Shown here in pieces: positions 32,795 to 44,364 of a stretch of DNA of 64,000 nt; the first letter of the stretch is position 1, and every line of letters begins with the position of its first letter. A program made the translations under genes and the position numbers. The notes beneath the pieces were generated by a model that saw nothing but the letters and a program-made list of their open reading frames with translations, was not told where the DNA came from and searched no databases. Source of the DNA: Stegostoma tigrinum (taxonomy: Eukaryota); the NCBI RefSeq assembly GCF_030684315.1, contig NC_081389.1:15169048-15233047 (forward strand), in the 5' to 3' direction.

Positions 32795-33099
32795 AAATGA
32801 AATTAAGAATTCTTTTTGAGACGTGCTGCAGTACTGGCAGTGCCCACCGGGAGGCCTGATGACCAATGGACACCAAGTGCTTCTGTTCCAAGGTTCTGAA
32901 TGTAAGCAAGAAAGAGATACAGGGTGTCATGAGCCCCTCCTGGGCCTGCTAATGGCCACAACCTCCCTTTGAACTATTTTAATAAATCACTGAACCCAAC
33001 GTAACCCCAATCAAGCTAAGTGAATGGGTGACCACCTCTCAAAGGGGGCACTGCAATGAAGGATGGAGGTTTTGATTACATGCTACCAAGAATTAACTC

Positions 33100-33390
33100 T
33101 GGTGGCACGGTGGTTCAGTAGCGTTCCTGCCTCAGAGTACCAGGGCACCTGGGTTTGATTCCACCCTCGGGTGACTGTCTTGTGGAGTTTGCACGTTCTC
33201 TCTGTGTCTTCATGGGTCTCCCCTGGGTGCTCTGCTTCCTCCCAGGGTCCAAAGAGGCACAGGCTAAGTGAATGACCATGGGAAATGCAGGGTTACAGGG
33301 ATTATGGTATGGGAGTGGGTCTGGGTGGGGTGGTCTTTGGAACGTTGGTGTTGACTGAATGGCCTGCTTCTATTCTGCCGGGATTCCAGA
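33100..33390 (+). mobile_element. HE1-type V-SINE
   Basis: ggtggcacggtggttcagt...gggtttgattccaccctcgggtgactgtcttgtggagtttgcacgttctc. Confidence 0.88.
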
Positions 33391-33409
33391 GGCATGTGGG
33401 GGTGGGTTA

Positions 33410-33600
33410 ACCCGGATAGCTGGTTTACGATACAGAGCAATGCCAATAGTGTGGTTTCTGTTCCCACGTCACCTGGGGTCACCATGGAGGTTGCACTTTC
33501 TTGGCCTCATTCTTTACCTGAGGTGTGACGAGTCTCAAGTCACTCCACAGTCAGTCGTCTCATTCGAATGAGAGAGTGGGACTGTGATTACTTTACTTTT
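33410..33600 (+). mobile_element. SINE-U copy
   Basis: cctgaggtgtgacgagtctcaag...cagtcgtctcattcgaatgagagag...gattactttacttt. Confidence 0.55.
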
Positions 33601-34429
33601 CTATAGATCCACGGGTACAATCAAGCAGGATTCAAGGCTGTGTGGAGAAACTCTGGCCATGTTCCAAGCCCTTTTCTTGAACCACATGGCCTTGAATGTG
33701 AGTCTCTCCAAATTGCTCTACGTCTTTTAATCAACCTGTTTAGAGTTATTATGACTTCTCAAACAGGTGCATCTTGAACCTGGACCTCCTAGTTCAGAGG
33801 TAGGGACTACCACTGCACCACATGTGCCCCTATTAGTGATCTGGGTACCTAATTAAACAGTGTTTACTGTGTATACCATTAACATACCAGTAAAAGCTGT
33901 GAGCCTTTGAGTCTGACAGAGGAGATTTCAAGGAGCCATGGAAAATCCCAGTCCTGGGTGAACTCCCAATGGCCCTTGTCAGGAAGAGGGCACCTGTAGA
34001 CCTCAGGAGAGCATGGGATCTGTGTTTCACGCATGACGCCCTTTCAAATAGAACAGCGCACTAGCATGCACAGGCTTAGGGAGTATATGAAAATAATAGA
34101 AATTGGAATGTTACACTGTTCCCCGCAACCCCAATCCCTCCTCCCCCCAATACCTCCATCCTTCCTTCCCCAAAGACTGCTTCCAACACCCCCAACCGCC
34201 ATCTCAGACTGCCTATTGCCACACCCAAAAGGACAGGGCAAGACCCTGAGGCACATATCAGCCCACCAAGTTCCAATCGGCTGTAGTTTTGGGGAGATAT
34301 CATTGCAAAGGAGGCCCTGAGAGTTGAGGGGTGAGGAGGCAGGTGAGTGATGGGAACGGGGCTGGAGTTGGAGCAGAAGAGGCGGGGTAGTGGTAATGTT
34401 GGAGGGCTGGGTCTGTACTCTTGCCAAGC

Positions 34430-34870
34430 GGTGGACTGATTAATTGAACAGCTGTCACACAGCACTCCTGTCAGCCTCACAGACAGGCTTCACATCTTCA
34501 TCAGCTGGAGATGGGATGTAAATGTCAATCAATCCTCATTGCAGGAGAACCCAAATGTGACGAAAGGTCACGTCCCCTTTCCCGCTGATCAAAGCAAGCC
34601 GTCCATCAATACTCTTGCTCATCAATTGTCAAATTAAGCTGCATGCAATTGCATTGCTTTATCAAGCTCCAACCTCTTCTTAACAGAGTTGCTATCTCCC
34701 GCTGCAAGCATAAGGTGATTCCAGGAGGGGGGAGCTGGGGGAAAGGATGGAAAATCTTCTCCAATAGGCTTTATGTCAACAAGAATTTCTCTTTTCAGCC
34801 CAGTGAAAATGGGCTTTTGAAGTTGCTTGCTAATAAGGCACTGCAGTATTTACTGCATGGTTGGCCCTGA
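34430..34870. promoter_or_regulatory. Candidate conserved non-coding enhancer
   Basis: TE-free block with TGATTAATTG, two CTGTCA (34452, 34468), minus-strand TGATTGACAT (34522-34531), ATCAAAG (34588-34594), AGGTCA (34565-34570); conservation not testable here. Confidence 0.55.
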
Positions 34871-35719
34871 CTGTGTTTTTCTCACCTGGGAATACATGTA
34901 ATTAGTATAGAATAATAGTATATGGAAGACCGTTTGAAGCAAATCATCTCCCTGCCAGTGAGCTCAAGGCTCAAAGGAACGGAATTATATAGAAACTGGT
35001 TGGGAAAAAGAAAAGGAAACTGGTCCCAGCTTCCTGTCAGTGTGTCTGGACTAGAATGCTGACACTGTAATCACTTTCTTTGGGCTGTGTAAAGACAGTG
35101 GGTCAGGAATCACACAGTGACACAGACCAGAGAGAGATCATTTGGCCCACAAAGTCTGTTCTAGCTCTTTCCACAAGCCATGTGAGGCCTAACTCTTTTT
35201 CTAAATCCCGCGCTTGTTTAAACTCCTTCAAAAATTAAGTCTATTTCCCCTTTGAATGCGATTAAGAATTTGTTTCCATAATTCTATGTGGCAATGCATT
35301 CTGGATTCAAACGAGACATTGCTCTAAAAATAGATTTTGAAAATGTCTTTGATGGTACAAAGGCCACATCGGCAAAGTCCAGCATCTGTTTAAAACATTT
35401 ACATTTACCAATCCTGACCTGCCACCCAGTCGCAAAGACTTTACAACAGAAATCAAGGTGATTCGGCCCATCATGTCCATACTAGTCATCAAGCAACTCT
35501 CTATTCCAATCCAATTTTCCAACAGTTGGCTACGGCATTTCAAGTGTTCATCGAAGTACTTCCCAAATATCTTGTGTTCCTTTTGTTGGATGGAACTAAA
35601 TAGGCAGAGTTTAAAAACTGGGAAATTCCTGTGCAGATTTTTAAATTTCCAAGCAATGACTCAACTTGAGCAGGGACTCTTACAAAGCAATGCCTCTTGA
35701 TTCTGTGATGTGCAGGTTC

Positions 35720-35885
35720 TGGTGCTGGACTGGGATGGACAAAGTCAAAAGTCACATGACACCAGGTTAGAGTCCAATAGGCTTATTTGAAATCACAAGC
35801 TTTCTGAAGGGGCAGTGCCTGAAAGCTTGTGATTTCAAATAAGCCTGTTGGATGTGACATGGCCTGGTGTGATTTTTGATCTTGA
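35720..35885. mobile_element. Hairpin element, PLE/hammerhead family D
   Basis: Perfect 26-bp arms 35779-35804 / 35821-35846 with 16-nt spacer; centre ctgaaggggcagtgcctGAAAGCTT resembles a truncated hammerhead. Confidence 0.75.
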
Positions 35886-36164
35886 TTTTGTATCTGATCA
35901 GAAACCCTGGGTCTTACTCCAGAAAATCTAGGTCTAGAAATAGATATAAGTGCATCATTTACCTGTCTCTTGCGTTGTTAGGTGTGTGCAAAGAATATTC
36001 TATTACCTCATATTTATATTTTTCCATTTATTAGGTTAACTCAAATGGCGAGTACTGATGATACAATCAGTGGTGGCAGTTCAGAAAAAGTGATCGAAAC
36101 CGATGGAGCAAGTGAAGAGAAATTAACATGCAGAGTGGAAATGATACAATTGCTCGAGTAGCAT

Positions 36165-37060
36165 GGGGTTAATGAGTGTATCTGCCGATGTTAATTCAGG
36201 TCCCTTGCCTTGTCAGGCTCAGTAATTCCTCAAAGCCAGCCTGTCTGATAATACTGTCAGGATGCGAAGACAAAAATACAAACCTACACATCTGTATAGG
36301 TACGGTTGATATAACACATCAACAGAATCACGCTGCAAAAAAAGGTAATTAATTACAATTTTTCTTATTCCAGGAAAGCCCAATATTAAATGTCTTTATT
36401 TATACAATTGTAATTAGTGTACTCATTACTGTATTAATATTAATAGGAATAATAATAGTCTGTGTCCTGCTCAGCTATCTCTCAAATCTTCTGATAGCAA
36501 CCAGAACTTCCAAATTACTGGAAAGGTATCTATTTCCCACCCTGAATTCCTAGGTGTGCATTTGTAATGAAAGCTGCCTAAGTAGGTTTGTCATACTGTA
36601 ATTGCACCTTACCCCCCAAGAGGAGGGGCTACATCCACATTGTTGACAGCCAGATCTAATTAAAGCAGGGCAGGTTTGCAGAGGCAATGCTTCCATGATA
36701 ACTAGGGACAGAGGCATTTAGAATAGAGACAGGGAAACAAGAGGGGAATGTGTAATGTTAAAATGGGAGCCAAATTACTTCCTGTCTGACTATCCCTGAG
36801 CTTCCAATGTGAAGGCAATACCAAATCGTGAAACCCAATGTCAAAGGGGAACAAGCAGATTATCAAAAATTCTGACATACATGCAATTGCTTTCTACAGA
36901 CCTTATTCCTGTTAGACTTTCAGTTAACACAAGCCATTGCAAATTGCTGTCAAAATTTTCTGCTGAATTTAGCTATGTAAACTGTCACAATGCAGTGCAA
37001 TTTATGGCCACTATATGGCTCAACTAATTGAGCTCCACCTTGTCGTCTGCTATTTACTTA
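36165..37060. promoter_or_regulatory. Candidate conserved non-coding blocks
   Basis: TE-free; repeated TAATTA/TAATTAATTA, TGACAG/CTGTCA, ATGCAAT and TTTATGG motifs. Confidence 0.4.
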
Positions 37061-37124
37061 TCTCCCTACACAAAGACACAGCTCGCTTGGTAATACAAAA
37101 CTTGAGTATTGTTATCAAAGAGTA

Positions 37125-37440
37125 TGTTATCGAAAGTTTGTGTCTTGCATTCATCAGGACAAACACAAGGATACCAGCTTGCAAAGGTATATGATTTTAC
37201 ACTGTGTGCGTCAAGGCTGCTGATTGGATGGCGAGTTCACTCTGATTGTTCATGACATTACCATGGAAAATGCAGCAGAAAACTATTGACCTCCATACTT
37301 ACAGTCAATTCAAGAGAAAAGCACAATGCCCGAATATGTTTTTTTTCTGCTTGTAGAGGATAGGTCACTGCATTTAAGTATATATAGCTTGTAGTAAGCA
37401 TAAGTGAGCCACATTGTAAACATTTCTGTTTCATCAGCAG
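37125..37440 (-). mobile_element. Family C hammerhead element, older single-arm copy
   Basis: Minus strand cctgatgaatgcaagacacaaactttcgataaca; interior aggctgctgattgg...ccatggaaaatgca matches 27640-27720. Confidence 0.7.
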
Positions 37441-37844
37441 TATAATCAACTTGTATTTTATTTACCGTGAACAACAGCAGATATAATGCACTGGTTACAG
37501 TACGATTTCCATGCTACTTTCCTTTGTCTGCTTCCTTAAGAGGCATGAGGTTGCTGTGTTTGAGTGATCTGGACTCGGCGTAAGTGAGCTGGACCAGGTG
37601 AGAGTACGAGAGAGCTGGGCAAGAGAGCAGTTGAACTAAACTGCATCCAAGTGAGCAAGCTAGAAGTAAGATGAGGGAGCAAGCTGAAAAAGAGCTTCTA
37701 ATGTTCTCAAAAGTCTGATTGAGGGGCTTTGAGATGTATCCACTTCAGAAGTGCTAACGACAAGCAATCACTGTACCTTTCTGATTGAAGGGGAGACGCA
37801 CATGAGGCAAAGTGAGGACTGAGGCATTGAATATCAACTTATAT

Positions 37845-38450
37845 TGAAACAGTGAAAATTTATGGCATGGAAAGAGGCCACTTAGCCCATCCTTTGTATG
37901 CTATCTGAAAACAGCAATCAAGTTTAATCCCTGTGTCCAATCTTCGTCTATAGCCCCGAGGATTAAGGCACTTCAAGTGCACATCCTAGTGCATTTTTAA
38001 AGGGCATTGTGGGTTTATGCCTTCAATATCACACTTTCAGGTAACAAATTCCATACTTTATCCTTCCCTGGCTGGAGTAAAATCTCCCCAACTTCCTTTT
38101 AATTCTGAAACCATTGACTTTTTAAAATCCATCTCTCCCCAGCTATTGACCTGTCCACAAAGGAAATCAAGGCCTTCTTATTCAGTTTATTCAAAACCCC
38201 TCGTCATCCTCTAAATAAAATAAATCTGAGTAAAATTCTTCTCTACAATCACATTCCTCCTGCAAAATGTAGCCATAAATGAGCACTGTGTTTTATTCAG
38301 TTCTAAGATAACAATCCTACTCTTCATTGCTCTACCTCAATTGAAATAGGAAAGCATTTCATTGAAACGCTCAGGCAATTTTTCTACCTGTTCCGCTACA
38401 TCTGGAATTCTGTGCAGATGTACTTCTAGGTGCCTCTACTCCCATTCTCT
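37845..38450 (-). mobile_element. CR1 3' fragment, old
   Basis: ttatggcatggaaagaggccacttagcccatc...cacttcaagtgcacatcctagtgcatttttaa. Confidence 0.65.
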
Positions 38451-38489
38451 TTATTTATTGGCTGGGCTTTATGTCCAGGGTCTTGACTA

Positions 38490-38955
38490 CCAGCTGGAGA
38501 GCCAATGAGTGACCTGCACTTGCTTGATGAGTGAAGCTCTAACAATATTTACTAAGCTTGACTCCATTTGGCTCACATCCATAAACAGCCATTCCCTCCA
38601 CCTGCAATACTCAATAATAGCAGTGTGTATCAACCACAAGATGCTTTGCAGAAATTCACTAAGTTTAAATTGTGAGATAACACGATGTGAAGCTGGATGA
38701 ACACAGCAGGCCAAGCAGCAACAGAGCAGCAGGAAAGTTTGACGTTTCAGGTCGAGACCGTTCTTCAGAAAAAGGGTCTCGACCCAAAATGTCAAACTTT
38801 CCTGCTCCTCTGATGCTGCTTGGCCTGCTGTGTTCATCCAGCTTCACACAGTGTTATCTCAGATTCTCCAGCATCGGCAGTTTCTACTATCTCTGTAACA
38901 AGTTTAAATTGTGTTTCAGCTCTGGACCATTGTCAGTCCTGGAAACAGTAATCTT
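38490..38955 (+). mobile_element. LINE fragment (SINE-T partner family) split by the 38675 insertion
   Basis: cacttgcttgatgagtgaagctctaacaatatttactaagcttgac...cattccctccacc; homologous to 51735-51870. Confidence 0.6.
38675..38899. mobile_element. Palindromic PLE-derived hammerhead module, family A, with TSD
   Basis: About 88-bp arms (mirror-image ORFs MKLDEHSRPSS on both strands); aagtttaaattgtg at 38661-38674 and 38900-38913. Confidence 0.9.
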
Positions 38956-39199
38956 TTGGACATTAGGAGAAGAGTCGGACTCCGTTAGACCAGGTTCAAA
39001 CACAATGTAACACTAATGAAGAGTAATGCATGTGGCTTCATTCTTGTAGATGTAGGTACAGTCAATGAGGCTGGTGATGATGTCAGAAAAACAGACAATG
39101 CTGGGGAAACTCAGCAGGCTTGGCAGCATCTGTGGAGAGACAAAAGGAGAACTTCCACAGTATTTTGATTTTAGGTGAAGATGTAAAGTAGAAATACAT

Positions 39200-39850
39200 A
39201 AAGTCACCGAGTCATACAGCACAGAATCAGGTCCTTTGGCCTAATTTGTCCATGCCGACCAGGCTTCCTAAAATGAATCAGTCCCATTTGCCTGCCTTTG
39301 GCCCACACCCCTCTAAACCTTTCCTGTCCATGTACCTTTCCAAATGTCTTTTAAATGTTATAATTATACCTGCCTCTCCCACATCCTCATTGCATGCATG
39401 CACCACCCTCTTTCTGAAAAAGTTGACCCCCAAGGCCCTTTCAAATCTTTCCCCATTCACCTTAAACCTATGCCTTCTCATTTTGGACTCCCCTATCATG
39501 GGGAAAACATGGCTGATCACCCTTTCCACACCCCTCATGATTTTTGAAAACTCTATTAGATCACCCCTCATTGTTCTATGCTTCAGGGAAATAAGTCTCA
39601 GTCTATCCAACCTCTCCCGCTGACTCAAACACTTCAGTCGCAGTAACATCCTCGTAAAATGTTTTTGTGCCCTTTCCAGTTTGATAACATCCTTTCTGTA
39701 GCTGGGTGGCCAGAATTATATGCAGTACTCCAAATGTGGCCTTATCAATGTCACGTACAGCTGTAATATGATATTCAAATTCCTGTACTCAGTGCTCTGA
39801 CTGATAAAGGCAAGCATGCTGAACTCTTTCTTCACCACCCTGTCTACATT
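39200..39850 (-). mobile_element. CR1/HER1 LINE 3' fragment
   Basis: ORF 39278-39649 ERLDRLRLISL...RGDLIEFSKIMRG...ITFKRHLERYM; plus-strand gcagtactccaaatgtggcc = PHLEYC on minus. Confidence 0.9.
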
Positions 39851-40592
39851 TACAAATATGAGCTTCTATTTATAGTGAAGTGTCACCTATGCCACCAATG
39901 TGTCCTCAGTAACTTTTCCTCACACAACGTGCACCGGGAAGGTCTATTCTTGGTGGCAGACATTCACCTAGTGTGCAGATGAACCTTAAATATGGGACCG
40001 GTGGAGGAAATCCCAGAACATGCCGGTATTGGCAAGTATCCCGGCTGCCTTGCGAGCACAATGGTGTGAAAGCAGCATCGCAGTGGTACAAGGTGAACAT
40101 CAGAGAATAGCAAGAGGTAACTCGCCGGAGAGAGAAAAACCCTCCATCAAACCCCCTGAAATTGACAACTGGCCGATTCTCTGGTGAAATTGAGTCCACA
40201 GTTGACGTATTTATTTTTTTGCACAGGTACACAACATAATTCTCAACTCAATTCTTGGGTGGGTACACCACACAGTGCCTCACAGTCGCTGATAATAGAA
40301 AAAGAGGACTAAATCAGTGTAAAATATGTGGTGACACACAAAGTTGGAGTAGGGGAGTCAAGAAGCTGAAATTTGGGAATTCCAGAGACAAAATGGTTAA
40401 TATTTGAAGTTAAAAATACATGCTTGTCCAAATAGTTTTTGTAAGCTGGATGCAGACCTGAATTTGGGAAAATAAACACGGCAGCGTATAATCCCATTGC
40501 AAAGTCTAATCCTTCAGGATTTCTTGTTTAAAAATCCGGACAATGATGAGCGTCCTTGCAAAATAAGAAAAATTGATTCCTACTTAAAATTA

Positions 40593-41839
40593 CATGGAGA
40601 CTCATCACATGGTTTAAACTTCAATAGAGTTTATCTATAGCAAACATGTCTCTTTGAACTATTTACACACTAGTTTTTAGCTGAATAAACGAAATTATTT
40701 TCATGAACACTTGAATAATAAAGTTTGCAGAGATAGAAACTGTATAATTTAATGTGGTATTATCTTCTTGCATGATTATCCCTTTTGCCTAAATATGACA
40801 TTGAACTTCAATATTTAATTCTTTCACAGATTATAATTCTGCAAAGTCTTCACTTATTGTGTTGGGACAAAGAAAATCAGTCTCAGCGAGAGACTGTAAA
40901 ATGGGAGGGGTTTATGACCATTTGCATAGCAAGTTTGAGGGCCAAAGTGCATTTAATTAGGAGGGATGCTGATGTGCCTGAATGTCATTGTATCCCCATC
41001 TCATCCAGAAATAAACCCAGCTGGCCTCTCCATGGTTGGACATCCCATTCTTCTGTGTTTTGAGTTCCCTAAATGACCAATAATAAATGGCATTAGTGCG
41101 CTGGAGGATGGGTCTGTCACCACACAGTGTGAAGCAGCCATTCTGTAGGGCTGTTCTCCCTTAAGAGAGATAAATGACTGGTGGTAGTTTCACCTAGAAC
41201 TATGCCTCAGGTAAGAGGGGAGGTTGAGAAGGAGATTCTTTCATGGTAACCCTAGTTGATGGGGGAATTGAACCCATGCTATTAATCTCATTCTGCATTG
41301 TGAACCAGCCACCCAGCCAACTGAGCTGAACAACTAGTGAGCTGCGTGCCCCAGGTGAATACGTTGGTGAGACATTCCGGGAGGCACAGTGGTGAAAATG
41401 GGGTGGCCCCTCTTTCAATGGTGTTTGCTGCCTGATTTGTGACTCGGAGACTTGGGGTTCGTTGGAGGCCATAGATTACCAATCACCCCACCATGGCTCT
41501 TACTGTTGGAAACCTCCCAGCTCCTATTCCTTCCCATACCAGCTCCACTCAGCTCCCATCGAGCTCTCCCAACATTACTGACCGGAGGCCGAGGTCATTG
41601 ATCCTGGGCTGCGGGAGCTTGTTTTTCTAGCAACACCCACAGCCTGCCCAGTGGCATTGCTGCCAACATGAGATGCTAGTCCCTGGCCAGCAGCACTTGG
41701 CAGGTGGAACATCTGACTCCATGGGCCTTTGGTCATGAAAACTCATCACATGGCTTAAACTTCAATTGTGTTTATCTATGATAAACAAGTCTCTTTGAAG
41801 TATTTACGCACAGTGTTTAGCTGAATAAATAAAATTGTT
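40593..41839 (+). repeat. About 107-bp direct repeat pair (40593-40699 and 41734-41839)
   Basis: actcatcacatggtttaaacttcaatagagtttatctat...gtctctttgaactatttac...tttagctgaataaa vs actcatcacatggcttaaacttcaattgtgtttatctat...gtctctttgaagtatttac...tttagctgaataaa. Confidence 0.9.
41150..41330 (-). mobile_element. SINE-U copy
   Basis: gctgttctcccttaagagagataaatgactggtggtagttt...cctcaggtaagaggggaggttgagaagg...gggaattgaacccatgct...cagccaactgagct. Confidence 0.65.
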
Positions 41840-41899
41840 CCACCCTTGGTCTGAGAGTTGCCCGAGTGACACAATATTATGCAGGCCTTTCTGAAGGAG

Positions 41900-42235
41900 A
41901 CTTTTTTTATTCACTTGTGGGACATGGTCATTGCTGGCTGGGCCCAGAATCTATTGCCCTCTGTACTTGCCCTTGAGATGGTGGTGGTGGGCTGCCTTCT
42001 TGAAATGCTGCTGACCATATACTGTGCAACCAGGGAGGGAATTCCAGAATTTTGGCCCAGTGACACTGAAGGAGTGGTGCTATATTTCCAAGTCAAGATG
42101 GAGTGTGTCTTGTACACTTACAGGTTCACATGTATCTACTGCCCTTGTCTTTTGAGATGACAGTGGTCATGGGTTTGGAATGGGCTGTATATAATGAAGG
42201 GCCAAGGCAAGGCAAAAATACAGTGAGCCTGTAAG
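41900..42235 (-). mobile_element. LINE 3' end (SINE-T partner)
   Basis: ttttttattcacttgtgggac...gcccttgagatggtggtggtgggctgccttcttgaa...ggaattccagaattttggcccagtgacactgaagga. Confidence 0.8.
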
Positions 42236-43754
42236 TTCTGAATAATATGGTAATGCACAAAAAGATGAGGCAAACCAGGCAAGACAGGGATTCTATCAGC
42301 ATCAATGTTGTCGGATAGTGAGTGGGACCTAAGAGAGCAAGTGAAAAGTCCAGAGATGCACTCTGCTCCAAACCATGAGTTGGGTGTCTGTCCCTGCACA
42401 CAAAGTGGCTTGGTATGAGCATTACAATGCAAAGTGCTCCGTATTGCACCCTTCAAGTGGATGGACTGCATTCTGAGTGAGTCAGAGATGTGGCATGGTG
42501 ATGCACTGAGGTTGATATGTGTCTGAAACCAACCTCTATGGGTGGGGATAGGGCTTGGTGGGGAGATGTTATGCAGGCAGTAAATACACATGGAGGATGT
42601 CCTGACTTCTCAGGGACTGCTAGTCAAGAGGAAGGCCTGGCAGAGCTAGTGGGGAGCTGGAGCTACCACGTATCCATTCTAAATTTTATGTCAGCACTCA
42701 TGGCCATCGAGGCTCTCTTTGCTACATAGGACAAACGTAAACTGCGTATAAATGGAGCAAAAACAGTTAATACTGAAATGTTAATGCATGCAAACAGGCC
42801 CCTCAGCACTCATGAGTATTCTCATTTTACCATTCAAATATTGGGTGGAAAGTTGGACCCTTTTTTCTGGATGTTGAGGGCCTTAATTTTGCAATCTTGC
42901 AATATTTTCCCACATTATTTGGGGCTTGGGATTACTCAGTCCTAGGTTATGTTCATCTCTCCCTATCCAGGACTCCAGCTGACCTCATCATGGAATGGGC
43001 ACAGGTTGAGGATTGGAAAGCATTTGGTTGCAGTTTAAGTTGGAATAGTCCCCAAACTGATGCACAATGCCTTAGTGCAGACCTGGGAAAATGGTTCATT
43101 TAACCAGAGACACCAGAGAAGGAGCAATTGGAGAAGTTGGGAAAATGGGCAAATGAATTCTTTAAACAAACCTCAGGCAGGGATACCACTGTTTTATCCT
43201 CCACTACTTTCCTCCACCTTATTCCGAAAGTTGACAATCCACACCTAGCCCTTTCCTGCAAAGAAGCAGTCACTCGAAGCCAACAAGTTCACAAAATCAC
43301 AGGGTTTATGGTGCAGATGGAGGCCAGTCAGCCCATCGTACCTGCCGTAGTTCTTTAAATGGGTATCATTAGCAAGTTTCAATCTCCTGAGTTTTCCATT
43401 TGATGAAGAAGATCGGTTTGCAAAAGGCAAATCCTGCCTATTTTGTGACAGCGTGACTTTCCACGCTGACTCTTTGTGAATTCTGATTTCATGTCCAAAG
43501 ATACAATCTGCTGCTCAGTGAAAGAAAGCGATAACTACTGTGCAATTCAGAACAAGAACCAACCTCTCCCAGCATAAGTCATCCTCTATGAAATGCCTCA
43601 AAACCTGGCAGCAATGATGCCTATTTTATGAAATGATATGACTCTAAAAGTGAAATCAAGGTTATCACTTTAGTGAAGGGAAACATTTGCAGGATGATTG
43701 GAAATGAGATGCCTTTGTGTGTCTCATTCGCAAAGTTGGGACAGAGTTCCTTAC

Positions 43755-44360
43755 ACAAGAACATAGGAAGAGGAGTAGGCCATTCAGCCTCTCAGGCCTG
43801 CTCCACCATCAATGAAATCATGGCCGATGTGTGGCTGAACTCCATCTACCTGCCTATGGCCCCGGTCTCTTAATATCTTTGCTTAACGAAATTGTATCTG
43901 TCTCTGATTTAAAATTAATAACTGATCCTGCATCCACTGCAATTTGTGAAAGAGTTCCAATTATTTATCACTGTTTGTGTGTAGAAGTACTTCCTGACAT
44001 CTCTCCTGAATGTCTATCCCTAATCGTCACACTATGGTACCCAGTTCTAGAATCCCTAATCAACAGAAATAGTTTATCTTTATCTACCTTGCCCTTTTCC
44101 ATTAATGTCTTGAAGACTTCAATCAGATTGCCCCTTAACCTTTCAAATTCCAGAAGGAAAAGGCCTAATTTGTGTAATCTTTCATCATAACCTAACATCT
44201 GAACTCATGGTGTTTTTCTTGTAAACCTATATTGTGCTTGCTCCTAGACCAAATTATAGCTCCTAAGATATGGTGCCCAGATCTGCTCACAGTACTCTAT
44301 TGGGTCTAACCAGAGTTTGTATGACTGCAGTGTAACTTCTGCATCCTTGTACTCAAATCA
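43755..44360 (-). mobile_element. CR1 3' fragment
   Basis: ORF 43968-44198 YDERLHKLGLFLLEFERLRGNLIEVFKTL. Confidence 0.88.
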
Positions 44361-44364
44361 GAGA

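Noticed and set aside
33030-33055. CTCF-like AGGGGGCAC
   Set aside because: The 5' half of the motif does not match
38665-39010. Mirror-image ORFs on both strands
   Set aside because: Artefact of the DNA palindrome
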